From Eledone cirrhosa (Eukaryota): a DNA stretch of 64,000 bases. The position numbers were made by a program, and so were the translations under genes. Location: positions 406,038,001 through 406,102,000 of the forward strand of contig OZ024741.1 of assembly GCA_964016885.1 (NCBI GenBank), in the 5' to 3' direction. The notes beneath the pieces were generated by a model that did not search any database, had not been told where the DNA came from, and worked only from the letters and a program-made list of their open reading frames with translations. This document shows positions 11,843 through 24,500 of the stretch, piece by piece (the stretch's first letter is position 1; each line of letters starts with the position of its first letter).

Positions 11843-11875
<33 letters not shown>

Positions 11876-11878
<3 letters not shown>

Positions 11879-12082
11879 CAAAGGAATTGTGGTAAGCAAC
11901 CAGATGGACCATAACGCACCAGAGTACTCAATACTTAGGGTAGTAGAGTGGGAATTAGGAAAAAGTATGACCCCGACGGCAGAGCTCAAGCCGTTTCGAC
12001 GGCTATTTCTGGACGGAAATAGCCAGAAATGTCCAGAAATAGCCGTCGAAACGGCTTGAGCTCTGCCGTCGGGGTCATACTT

Positions 12083-12087
<5 letters not shown>
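11876..12087 (-). mobile_element. Mini PLE terminus (family A subfamily): tail, 3' half of a hammerhead and an inverted copy of it
   Basis: 11960-12014 is the reverse complement of 12031-12086. The tail matches 12921-12990. Confidence 0.8.
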
Positions 12088-12114
<27 letters not shown>

Positions 12115-12119
<5 letters not shown>

Positions 12120-12282
12120 CGAAACATAAGTCAATTGCATGAACTCATAATCCTTTATTTACTGCTATATATATTTCGATGATAGCCATTGAATGGCTAT
12201 GACCTCATCAGGCAGTTAGTCAGTTCTTAGATATGCCAGCTCTGTGTTTATAGTGTTGATGGTATCAGAGCCTTGGGACATA
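12115..12282 (-). mobile_element. ~165-bp hammerhead-bearing mini element (family D)
   Basis: Near-identical reverse complement of 47070-47229; bounded by (TA)n. Confidence 0.8.
12161..12216 (-). ncRNA. Type I hammerhead ribozyme with palindromic minimal stem III (family D)
   Basis: Minus strand ACTGC CTGATGA GGT-C-ATAGCCATT-C-AATGGCTAT-C-ATC GAAA TATATA TA GCAGT. Confidence 0.8.
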
Positions 12283-12709
12283 TGTATATATATATATATA
12301 TATATATAAGAAAAGGGAAGTAAGGTTCTATACAAAACTGATTATAGAGGAAAGGTGAAGTTGGGAAAAGAATTAATAAGAATTAAAAACTTATCTCTTA
12401 ATTTTAAATCTTTAATTTTCAGTTTTTAATTCTTATCAATTCTTTTTAATTGTAATATTCAACATTTGATAGGATGAATTTTAATAATACACCGAAACCG
12501 GTAATATTTTATATACTTTATATACTTTATATACTTTATATATTTTATATACTTTATATACTTTATATACTTTATATACTTTATAAAACTCTTTTTTAAA
12601 AGTTTCGCTCTCATCTTTTCAATAAAGTCACTTTGATGAATCAAAGAAAGGGAAAAAAAGAAAAAACAGACCCTTCAGTGCTATTTCCATATTTCCAACG
12701 TCCCCCCCC

Positions 12710-12756
<47 letters not shown>

Positions 12757-12861
12757 TCACTCTCTCTCAATATATATATATATATAGTTTACCGGTTTCA
12801 CAGTAAAATTGAAATGGAGGGTTTGTGTTTCTGTTGTGGCTTGTCTTATATATAACAAATT

Positions 12862-12920
<59 letters not shown>

Positions 12921-12923
<3 letters not shown>

Positions 12924-14210
12924 CAAAGGAAATGTGGTAAGGAACCAGATGGACCATAACGCAAGAAAGTAGAGTGGGTAATAGGAGCAAGTATGACCCC
13001 GACGGCAGAGCTCAAGCCGTTTCGACGGCTAATTCTGGACTAAATAAGAATTTTTAGCCTGGTAAATAAATAGCCGAACTTCTCAGGGAGTAATTCCTTA
13101 TATGGGAAGATAGCAATTGTCAAAAGGATTGGTAAAAAATTTGTTGTAAAGACAGATGATTCTATCATGGCATTTGGTGGGAGGTAGGGGTAGCTGAACC
13201 TGCCGGTAGAACAAAGAGGGAGTGGGGGAGACCCAGTCAAGCGTTGAAAGGGAAATCTATACAGCAGATTCTAAGGATAGTGTATAGAAGGTCGAGAAAA
13301 GTGTACTGGAGAAGTGGAGGGGGGGGGTGAAAGAATAGGAAAATAGAAAAGGAGTAAACAACGAAACCATTATAAAAATAAGGAAATAAATATATAAAAA
13401 ACAATTTCTGGTTACTACTCCCCTCCACAATCACCAAATCTCTCATTGGAATTGCTAAACTATATAAAAGTTTAATAGGTGGAGAAAAATACTAAATACG
13501 AGATTGTAGTGAAAGAATTTTATAAAGCGGGCTTTACGGGGGGGGGGGTCTAACACTACTGCTATAGTTAGTGAGTAATCAGCCAATGCTATCTTACAAT
13601 GACAGGTTAAAAACAAAAATACTAAATTACTACTAAAAAAATGCTAATACGAAATATTAATTCAGAATACTAATACAGAAATACTAATACAAGGATACTA
13701 ATACAAAAATACCACTAAGAAATTTAGAAATGACAGAAATGGAGCAGCAACCAGAAAGAAAATAATTTACTGGCGTCTAACACATTTGCTGTAAAAAGCG
13801 TAATCTGCCAATTCTATCTTAAAATTAGGGGGGTGGGGGTACTGAGTTTACAGAGGACCGATGGGCTGCATCGGTGTAGGTGAAAGGGTGAATAAAAGAC
13901 AAGGAAGGAGATCTTGGGTGGAAGGACTAGGAAGAGATGGGGGGAAGATGGAAAAGATAAAAGATTTACGTCTACCTTTGTAAGCAGGGGTAACCCCTTA
14001 CAAGATCGGCAAGTGGGGTCTTTCAGCCATTGTCTACCCCCCCCCCCCCCCAGTCATTATGGGGTTTGAGGGCGAGGTAAGTGCTACGCAATCTGTGTTT
14101 GCATGCAGTTACCAGTTCGTCTTTCTTGTTTAGGAGTTGATCCTTTGAAAACAGCATTTGTAATGTTTCCCCCGAGCATAAGTTACACGGACGGCGTCCT
14201 CCTGTGTAAG
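12921..14210 (-). mobile_element. 5'-truncated Naiad-type PLE (family A): endonuclease C-terminus, 3' pseudo-LTR, hammerhead, tail
   Basis: Highly similar and co-linear to 44116-45368. The minus strand near 14205-14060 encodes GRRPCNLCSGETLQMLFSKDQLLNKKDELVTACKHR. Confidence 0.9.
12996..13091 (-). ncRNA. Hammerhead motif, family A (core CTGAGAA)
   Basis: ACTCC CTGAGAA GTTCGGCTA...TAGCCGTC GAAA CGGC-TTGAGCTCT-GCCG TC GGGGT. Confidence 0.65.
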
Positions 14211-14243
14211 AATTATATATATATATATGTATATATATATATG

Positions 14244-14296
<53 letters not shown>

Positions 14297-14395
14297 GTAT
14301 AGTAAATTTGTTATATATGAGGCAAGGCACAACAGAAACACAAACCCTCCATTTCAATTTTACTTTTAAAAATCATAAGAACTGTGAAACCAGTA

Positions 14396-14453
<58 letters not shown>

Positions 14454-14639
14454 AGAGAGAGAGAGAGAGAGAGAGAGTGAGCGAGAAAAAGAGAGAGAGA
14501 GAAAGGTGATGTTGGAAATATGGAAATAGCACTGAAATATATTTTAGGGTCTGTCTTTCTTTTTTTCCCTTTCTTTGATTCATCAAAGTGACATTATTGA
14601 AAAGATGAGAATGAAATGTATGACCCCAAATCCTTCGTT

Positions 14640-14949
<310 letters not shown>

Positions 14950-15096
14950 AGTGTAATTTACTACACAAAACGAAGGTTATAGAGAAAATTGAGGTTGGTA
15001 ATGGCACATGGAATATATAAGAGACACTTGTGGATAGTTCAGTTTTAAATCAACATATCCACAAGTGTTTTTTAACCTTCATATCATGTCTTCCTG

Positions 15097-15163
15097 TTTT
15101 ATCTGATGAAAACACAAATATTATTGCATGATGATATTTGTTTTTGAAATGCGCATAATAAAA
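15097..15163 (+). ncRNA. Type I hammerhead ribozyme (family F) in a ~250-bp island between (TA)n tracts
   Basis: TTTTAT CTGATGA AAACA-CAAATATTAT-TGCATG-ATGATATTTG-TTTTT GAAA TGCGCA TA ATAAAA. Confidence 0.8.
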
Positions 15164-15241
15164 TACATGGAACTCTTTTAACCATCTTTTGTTCTTATAT
15201 ATTATATACACACACATATATATATATATATATACATATGA

Positions 15242-15341
<100 letters not shown>

Positions 15342-15570
15342 ACAGAAGTGTTGCTTATATAAGTACATTCCTTGTCTCTATGTAATTATAATTGTATATA
15401 TGTCAAAGTTTCCTAAATTTTCTTCTTCAACCATTCATTTACATGTATCACAGTTATAAACTTACCTTAAGATATATCGTTTAAGATATATCAATTTTGA
15501 GCAGAACTAATCAATCAGTTTACATTAGCCAGCAGACATCTGATCAATGACAGTTCTTCGTTGACAATAT

Positions 15571-18500
15571 TACCTCACTAACTGTGGAGCTGGTGTAGTC
15601 TGTCATTGGGGTACCACACTATATATGTACCTGGTGTAGTCTGTCATTGGGGTACACCACTAACTGTGGAGCTGGTGTAGTCTGTCATTGGGGTACCACA
15701 CTAGATGTGGAGCTGGTGTAGTCTGTCATTGGGGTACCACACTAGGTGTGGAGCTGGTGTAGCCTGTCATTGGGGTACCACACTAGATGTGGAGCTGGTG
15801 TAGTCTGTCATTGGGGTACCACACTAGATGTGGAGCTGGTGTAGCCTGTCATTGGGGTACCACACTAACTGTGGAGCTGGTGTAGCCTGTCATTGGGGTA
15901 CCACACTAGATGTGGAGCTGGTGTAGCCTGTCATTGGGGTACCACACTAACTGTGGAGCTGGTGTAGTCTGTCATTGGGGTACCACACTAGATGTGGAGC
16001 TGGTGTAGTCTGTCATTGGGGTACCACACTAGATGTGGAGCTGGTGTAGCCTGTCATTGGGGTACAACACTAGATGTGGAGCTGGTGTAGCCTGTCATTG
16101 GGGTACCACACTAACTGTGGAGCTGGTGTAGCCTGTCATTGGGGTACCACACTAGATGTGGAGCTGGTGTAGTCTGTCATTGGGGTACCACACTAGATGT
16201 GGAGCTGGTGTAGCCTGTCATTGGGGTACCACACTAACTGTGGGCTGGTGTAGTCTGTCATTGGGGTACCACACTAGGTGTGGAGCTGGTGTAGCCTGTC
16301 ATTGGGGTACCACACTAGATGTGGAGCTGGTGTAGCCTGTCATTGGGGTACACCACTAACTGTGGAACTGGTGTAGTCTGTCATTGGGGTACCACACTAG
16401 ATGTGGAGCTGGTGTAGCCTGTCATTGGGGTACCACACTAGATGTGGAGATGGTGTAGCCTGTCATCGGGGTACACCACTAACTGTGGAACTGGTGTAGT
16501 CTGTCATTGGGGTACCACACTAGATGTGGAGCTGGTGTAGCCTGTCATTGGGGTACCACGCTAGATGTGGAGCTGGTGTAGCCTGTCATTGGGGTACACC
16601 ACTAACTGTGGAGCTGGTGTAGCCTGTCATTGGGGTACACCACTAACTGTGGAACTGGTGTAGTCTGTCATTGGGGTACACCACTAGATGTGGAGCTGGT
16701 GTAGCCTGTCATTGGGGTACACCACTAACTGTGGAGCTGGTGTAGTCTGTCATTGGGGTACCCCACTAGATGTGGAGCTGGTGTAGCCTGTCATTGGAGT
16801 ACACCACTAGATGTGAAGCTGGTGTAGCCTGTCATTGGGGTACCCCACTAGATGTGGAGCTGGTTTAGCCTGTCATTGGGGTACACCACTAACTGTGGAG
16901 CTGGTGTAGCCTGTCATTGGGGTACCACACTAGATGTGGAGCTGGTGTAGCCTGTCATTGGGGTACACCACTAACTGTGGAGCTGGTGTAGCCTGTCATT
17001 GGGGTACGCCACTAGATATGTAGCTGGTATAGCCTGTCATTGGGGTACCACACTAGATATGTAGCTGGTGTAGCCTGTCATTGGGGTACCTCACTAGATG
17101 TGGAGCTGATGTAGCCTGTCATTGGGGTACACCACTAGATGTGGAGCTGGTGTAGCCTGTCAATGGAGTACCACACTAACTGTGGAGCTGGTGTAGCCTG
17201 TCATTGGGGTACGCCACTAGATATGTAGCTGGTGTAGTCTGTCATTGGGGTACACCACTAACTGTGGAGCTGGTGTAGTCTGTCATTGGGGTACCACACT
17301 AGATATGTAGCTGGTGTAGTCTGTCATTGGGGTACACCACTAACTGTGGAGCTGGTGTAGTCTGTCATTGGGGTACCACACTAGATGTGGAGCTGGTGTA
17401 GCCTGTCATTGGGGTACACCACTAGATGTGGAGCTGGTGTAGCCTGTCATTGGGGTACACCACTAACTGTGGAGCTGGTGTAGTCTGTCATTGGGGTACA
17501 CCACTAAGTGTGCAGCTGGTGTAGCCTGTCATTGGGGTACCACACTAGATGTGAAGCTGGTGTAGTCTGTCATTGGGGTACACCACTAACTGTGGAGCTG
17601 GTGTAGCCTGTCATTGGGGTACCACACTAGATGTGGAGCTGGTGTAGCCTGTCATTGGGGTACACCACTAACTGTGGAGCTGGTGTAGCCTGTCATTGGG
17701 GTACCACACTAGATGTGGAGCTGGTGTAGCCTGTCATTGGGGTACACCACTAACTGTGGAGCTGGTGTAGTCTGTCATTGGGGTACCCCACTAGATGTGG
17801 AGCTGGTGTAGCCTGTCATTGGGGTACACCACTAGATGTGAAGCTGGTGTAGCCTGTCATTGGGGTACCCCACTAGATGTGGAGCTGGTGTAGCCTGTCA
17901 TTGGGGTACACCACTAACTGTGGAGCTGGTGTAGCCTGTCATTGGGGTACCACACTAGATGTGGAGCTGGTGTAGCCTGTCATTGGGGTACCACACTAGA
18001 TGTGGAGCTGGTGTAGCCTGTCATTGGGGTACACCACTAACTGTGGAGCTGGTGTAGCCTGTCATTGGGGTACCACACTAGATGTGGAGCTGGTGTAGCC
18101 TGCAATTGGGGTACACCACTAACTGTGGAGCTGGTGTAGCCTGTCATTGGGGTACACCACTAACTGTGGAGCTGGTGTAGCCTGTCATTGGGGTACGCCA
18201 CTAGATATGTAGCTGGTGTAGCCTGTCATTGGGGTACCACACTAGATATGTAGCTGGTGTAGCCTGTCATTGGGGTACCACACTAGATGTGGAGCTGGTG
18301 TAGTCTGTCATTGGGGTACACCACTAGATGTGGAGCTGGTGTAGTCTGTCATTGGGGTACGCCACTAGATATGTAGCTGGTGGAGTCTGTCATTGGGGTA
18401 CACCACTAACTGTGGAGCTGGTGTAGTCTGTCATTGGGGTACCACACTTTATGTGGAGCTGGTGTAGCCTGTCATTGGGGTACCACACTATATATGAACC

Positions 18501-21500
18501 TGGAGTAGTGTGTCATTGGGGTACACCACTAACTGTGGAGCTGGTGTAGTCTGTCATTGGGGTACCACACTAGATGTGGAGCTGGTGTAGCCTGTCATTG
18601 GGGTACAGCACTAGATGTGGAGCTGGTGTAGCCTGTCATTGGGGTACACCACTAACTGTGGAGCTGGTGGAGTCTGTCATTGGGGTACACAACTAACTGT
18701 GGAGCTGGTGGAGTCTGTCATTGGGGTACACCACTAACTGTGGAGCTGGTGAAGTCTGTCATTGGGGTACACCACTAAGTGTGGAGCTGGTGTAGCCTGT
18801 CATTGGGGTACCACACTATATATGTACCTGGTGTAGTGTGTCATTGGGGTACACCACTAACTGTGGAGCTGGTGTAGTCTGTCATTGGGGTACACACTAG
18901 ATGTGGAGCTGGTGTAGCCTGTCATTGGGGTATACCACTAACTGTGGAGCTGGTGTAGTCTGTCATTGGGGTACCACACTAGATGTGGAGCTGGTGTAGC
19001 CTGTCATTGGGGTACCACACTAGATGTGGAGCTGGTGTAGCCTGTCATTGGGGTACACCACTAGATGTGGATCTGGTGTAGCCTGTCATTGGGGTACACC
19101 ACTAGATGTGGATCTGGTGTAGCCTGTCATTGAGGTAACACACTAGATGTGGAGCTGGTGTAGCCTGTCATTGGGGTACCCCACTAGATGTGGAGCTGGT
19201 GTAGCCTGTCATTGGGGTACCACACTAGATGTGGAGCTGGTGTATCCTGTCATTGGGGTAACCCACTAGATGTGGAGCTGGTGTAGCCTGTCAATGGGGT
19301 ACCACACTAACTGTGGAGCTGGTGTAGCCTGTAATTGGGGTACCACACTAGATGTGGAGCTGGTGTAGCCTGTCATTGAGGAAACACACTAGATGTGGAG
19401 CTGGTGTAGCCTGTCATTGGGGTACCCCACTAGATGTGGAGCTGGTGTAGCCTGTCATTGGGGTACACCACTAACTGTGGAGCTGTTGTAGCCTGTCATT
19501 GGGGTACCGCACTAGATGTGGAGCTGGTGTAGCCTGTCATTGGGGTACCCCACTAGATATGTAGCTGGTGTAGCCTGTCATTGGGGTACCACACTAGATA
19601 TGTAGCTGGTGTAGCCTGTCATTGGGGAACCCACTATATGTGGAGCTGGTGTAGCCTGTCATTGGTGTACACCACTAGATGTGGAGCTGGTGTAGCCTGT
19701 CATTGGGGTACCCCACTAGATGTGGAGCTGGTGTAGCCTGTCAATGGGGTACCCCACTAAATGTGGAGCTGATGTAGCCTGTCATTGGGGTACCCCGCTA
19801 GATATGTAGATGGTGTAGCCTCTCATTGAGGTACCACACTATATATGTAGCTGGTGTAGCCTGTCATTGATGTACCACACTAGATATGTAGCTGGTGTAG
19901 CCTGTCATTGGGGTACACCACTAGATGTGGAGCTGGTGTAGCCTGTCATTGGGGTACACTACTAGATGTGGAGCTGGTGTAGTCTGTCATTGGGGTACAC
20001 CACTAGATGTGGAGCTGGAGTAGCCTGTCATTGGGGTACACCACTAGATGTGGAGCTGGTGTAACCTGTCATTGGGGTACCCTACTAGATGTGGAGCTGG
20101 TGTAGCCTGTCATTGGGGTACCCCACTAACTGTGGACTGGTGTAGCCTGTCATTGGGGTACCTCACTAGATGTGGAGCTGGTGTAACCGGTCATTGTGGT
20201 ACCCCACTAGATATGTAGCTGGTGTAGCCTGTCATTGGGGTACACCACTAACTGTGCAGGTGGTGTAGCCTGTCATTGGGGTACCCCACTAGATGTGGTG
20301 CTGGTGTAGCCTGTCATTGGGGTACCACACTATATATGTAGCTGGTGTAGCCTGCCATTGGGGTACCCCACTAGATGTGGAGCTGGTGTAGCCTGTCATT
20401 GGCGTACCACACTAGATGTGGAGCTGGTGTAGCCTGTCATTGAGGTAACACACTAGATGTGAAGCTGGTGTAGCCTGTCACTGGGGTACCACACTAGATG
20501 TGGTGCTGGTGTAGCCTATCATTGGGGTACCACACTAGATGTGGAGCTGGTGTATCCTGTCATTGGGGTACCCCACTAGATGTGGACTGGTGTAGCCTGT
20601 CAATGGGGTACCACACTAACTGTGGAGCTGGTGTAGCCTGTCATTGGGGTACCTCACTAGATATGTAGCTGGTGTAGCCTGTCATTGGGGTACCACACTA
20701 GATATGTAGCTGGTGTAGCCTGTCATTGGGGAACCCCACTAGATGTGGAGCTGGTGTAGCCTGTCATTGGGGTACACCACTAGATGTGGAGCAGGTGTAG
20801 CCTGTCATTGGGGTACCCCACTAGATGTGGCGCTGGTGTAGCCTGTCAATGGGGTACCCCACTAAATGTGGAGCTGATGTAGCCTGTCATTGGGGTACCC
20901 CACTAGACATGTAGATGATGTAGCCTCTCATTGGGGTACCACACTATATATGTAGCTTGTGTAGCCTGTCATTGGGGTACCACACTAGATATGTAGCTGG
21001 TGTAGCCTGTCATTGGGGTACACCACTAGATGTGGAGCTGGTGTAACCTGTCATTGGGGTACCCTACTAGATGTGGAGCTGGTGTAGCCTGTCATTGGGG
21101 TACGCCACTTACTGTGGACTGGTGTAGCCTGTCATTGGGGTACACCTAGATGTGGAGCTGGTGTAACCTGTCATTGGGGTACCCCACTAGATATGTAGCT
21201 GGTGTAGCCTGTCATTGGGGTACACCACTAACTGTGGAGCTGGTGTAGCCTGTCATTGGGGTACCACACTATATATGTAGCTGGTGTAGCCTGCCATTGG
21301 GGTACCCCACTAGATGTGGAGCTGGTGTAGCCTGTCATTGTGGTACCTCACTAGATGTAGAGCTGGTGTAGCCTGTCATTGGGGTACCCCACTGCATATG
21401 GAGCTGGTGTAGCCTGTCATTGGGGTACCTCACTTGATGTGGAGCTGGTGGAGCCTGTCATTGGGTTACCACACTAACTGTGTAGCAGGTGTAGCCTGTC

Positions 21501-24500
21501 ATTGGGGTGCCCCACTAACTGTGGAGCTGGTGTAGCCTGTCATTGGGGTACCCCACTAGATGTGGAGCTGGTGTAGCCTGTCATTTAGGTAACACACTAG
21601 ATGTGGAGCTGGTGTAGCCTGTCATTGGGGTACCCCACTAGATGTGGAGCTGGTGTAGCCTGTCAATGGGGTACCACACTAACTGTGGAGCTGGTGTAGC
21701 CTGTCATTGGGGTCCCACACTAGATGTGGAGCTGGTGTAGTCTTTCATTGGGGTACCACACTAGATGTGGAGCTGGTGTAGCCTGTCATTGGGGTAACAT
21801 ACTAGATGTGGAGATGGTGTAGTCTGTCATTGGGGTACACCACTAACTGTGGAGCTGGTGTAGCCTGTCATTGGGGTACCACACTAGATGTGGAGCTGGT
21901 GTAGCCTGTCATTGGGGTACACCACTAACTGTGGAACTGGTGTAGTCTGTCATTGGGGTACACCACTAGATGTGGAGCTGGTGTAGCCTGTCATTGGGGT
22001 ACACCACTAACTGTGGAGCTGGTGTAGTCTGTCATTGGGGTACCCCACTAGATGTGGAGCTGGTGTAGCCTGTCATTGGGGTACACCACTAACTGTGGAG
22101 CTGGTGTAGCCTGTCATTGGGGTACACCACTAACTGTGGAGCTGGTGTAGCCTGACATTGGGGAACACCACTAGATGTGGAGCTGGTGTACCCTGTCATT
22201 GGGGTACACCACTAGATGTGGAGCTGGTGTAGCCTGTCAATGGGGTACCACACTAACTGTGGAGCTGGTGTAGCCTGTCATTGGGGTACCCCACTAGATA
22301 TGGAGCTGGTGTAGCCTGTCATTGGGGTACACCACTAACTGTGGAGCTGGTGTAGCCTGTCATTGGGGTACACCACTAACTGTGGAGCTGGTGTAGCCTG
22401 TCATTGGGGTACACCACTAACTGTGGAGCTGGTGTAGTCTGTCATTGGGGTACACCACTAACTGTGGAGCTGGTGTAGTCTGTCATTGGGGTACACCACT
22501 AGATGTGGAGCTGGTGTAGCCTGTCATTGGGGTAAACCACTAACTGTGGAACTGGTGTAGTCTGTCATTGGGGTACCACACTAACTGTGGAGCTGGTGTA
22601 GCCTGTCATTGGGGTCCCACACTAGATATGTAGCTGGTGTAGCCTGTCATTGGGGTACACCACTAACTGTGGAGCTGGTGTAGCCTGTCATTGGGGTACC
22701 ACACTATATATGTAGCTGGTGTAGCCTGCCATTGGGGTACCCCACTAGATGTGGAGCTGGTGTAGCCTGTCATTGTGGTACCTCACTAGATGTAGAGCTG
22801 GTGTAGCCTGTCATTGGGGTACCCCACTGCATATGGAGCTGGTGTAGCCTGTCATTGGGGTACCTCACTTGATGTGGAGCTGGTGGAGCCTGTCATTGGG
22901 TTACCACACTAACTGTGTAGCAGGTGTAGCCTGTCATTGGGGTGCCCCACTAACTGTGGAGCTGGTGTAGCCTGTCATTGGGGTACCCCACTAGATGTGG
23001 AGCTGGTGTAGCCTGTCATTTAGGTAACACACTAGATGTGGAGCTGGTGTAGCCTGTCATTGGGGTACCCCACTAGATGTGGAGCTGGTGTAGCCTGTCA
23101 ATGGGGTACCACACTAACTGTGGAGCTGGTGTAGCCTGTCATTGGGGTCCCACACTAGATGTGGAGCTGGTGTAGTCTTTCATTGGGGTACCACACTAGA
23201 TGTGGAGCTGGTGTAGCCTGTCATTGGGGTAACATACTAGATGTGGAGATGGTGTAGTCTGTCATTGGGGTACACCACTAACTGTGGAGCTGGTGTAGCC
23301 TGTCATTGGGGTACCACACTAGATGTGGAGCTGGTGTAGCCTGTCATTGGGGTACACCACTAACTGTGGAACTGGTGTAGTCTGTCATTGGGGTACACCA
23401 CTAGATGTGGAGCTGGTGTAGCCTGTCATTGGGGTACACCACTAACTGTGGAGCTGGTGTAGTCTGTCATTGGGGTACCCCACTAGATGTGGAGCTGGTG
23501 TAGCCTGTCATTGGGGTACACCACTAACTGTGGAGCTGGTGTAGCCTGTCATTGGGGTACACCACTAACTGTGGAGCTGGTGTAGCCTGACATTGGGGAA
23601 CACCACTAGATGTGGAGCTGGTGTACCCTGTCATTGGGGTACACCACTAGATGTGGAGCTGGTGTAGCCTGTCAATGGGGTACCACACTAACTGTGGAGC
23701 TGGTGTAGCCTGTCATTGGGGTACCCCACTAGATATGGAGCTGGTGTAGCCTGTCATTGGGGTACACCACTAACTGTGGAGCTGGTGTAGCCTGTCATTG
23801 GGGTACACCACTAACTGTGGAGCTGGTGTAGCCTGTCATTGGGGTACACCACTAACTGTGGAGCTGGTGTAGTCTGTCATTGGGGTACACCACTAACTGT
23901 GGAGCTGGTGTAGTCTGTCATTGGGGTACACCACTAGATGTGGAGCTGGTGTAGCCTGTCATTGGGGTAAACCACTAACTGTGGAACTGGTGTAGTCTGT
24001 CATTGGGGTACACCACTAGATATGGAGCTGGTGTAGCCTGTCATTGGGGTAAACCACTAACTGTGGAACTGGTGTAGTCTGTCATTGGGGTACCCCACTA
24101 GATATGGAGCTGGTGTAGCCTGTCATTGGGGTACACCACTAACTGTGGAGCTGGTGTAGTCTGTCATTGGTGTACACCACTAGATGTGGAGCTGGTGTAG
24201 CCTGTCATTGGGGTAAACCACTAACTGTGGAACTGGTGTAGTCTGTCATTGGGGTACACCACTAACTGTGGAGCTGGTGTAGTCTGTCATTGGGGTACAC
24301 CACAAACTGTGGAGCTGGTGTAGTCTGTCATTGGGGTACACCACTAGATGTGGAGCAGGTGTAGCCTGTCATTGGGGTACCCCACTAGATGTGGCGCTGG
24401 TGTAGCCTGTCAATGGGGTACCCCACTAAATGTGGAGCTGATGTAGCCTGTCATTGGGGTACCCCACTAGACATGTAGATGATGTAGCCTCTCATTGGGG

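Larger units (their letters stand above)
10933..11846 (-). mobile_element. Non-coding palindromic PLE derivative (family C) with a hammerhead on each strand
   Basis: 11004-11332 is the reverse complement of 11357-11846, the right arm carrying an expanded (TAAAAA)n. The tail 10933-11003 is on one arm only. (TA)n on both sides. Confidence 0.85.
12602..14617. repeat. Diverged ~270-bp inverted repeat pair (12602-12866 and 14300-14617) enclosing a PLE copy
   Basis: GATGAATCAAAGAAAGGG/CCCTTTCTTTGATTCATC and GAAATGGAGGGTTTGTGTTTCTGTTGTG/CACAACAGAAACACAAACCCTCCATTTC, with mirrored (CT)n/(GA)n. Confidence 0.85.

Noticed and set aside
13040-13446. Recurrent 60-69-aa ORFs (also at 23-205, 44198-44604, 46513-46901) as a conserved small protein
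   Set aside because: They recur only because the pseudo-LTR is repeated. Most use non-ATG starts and they overlap the ribozyme.
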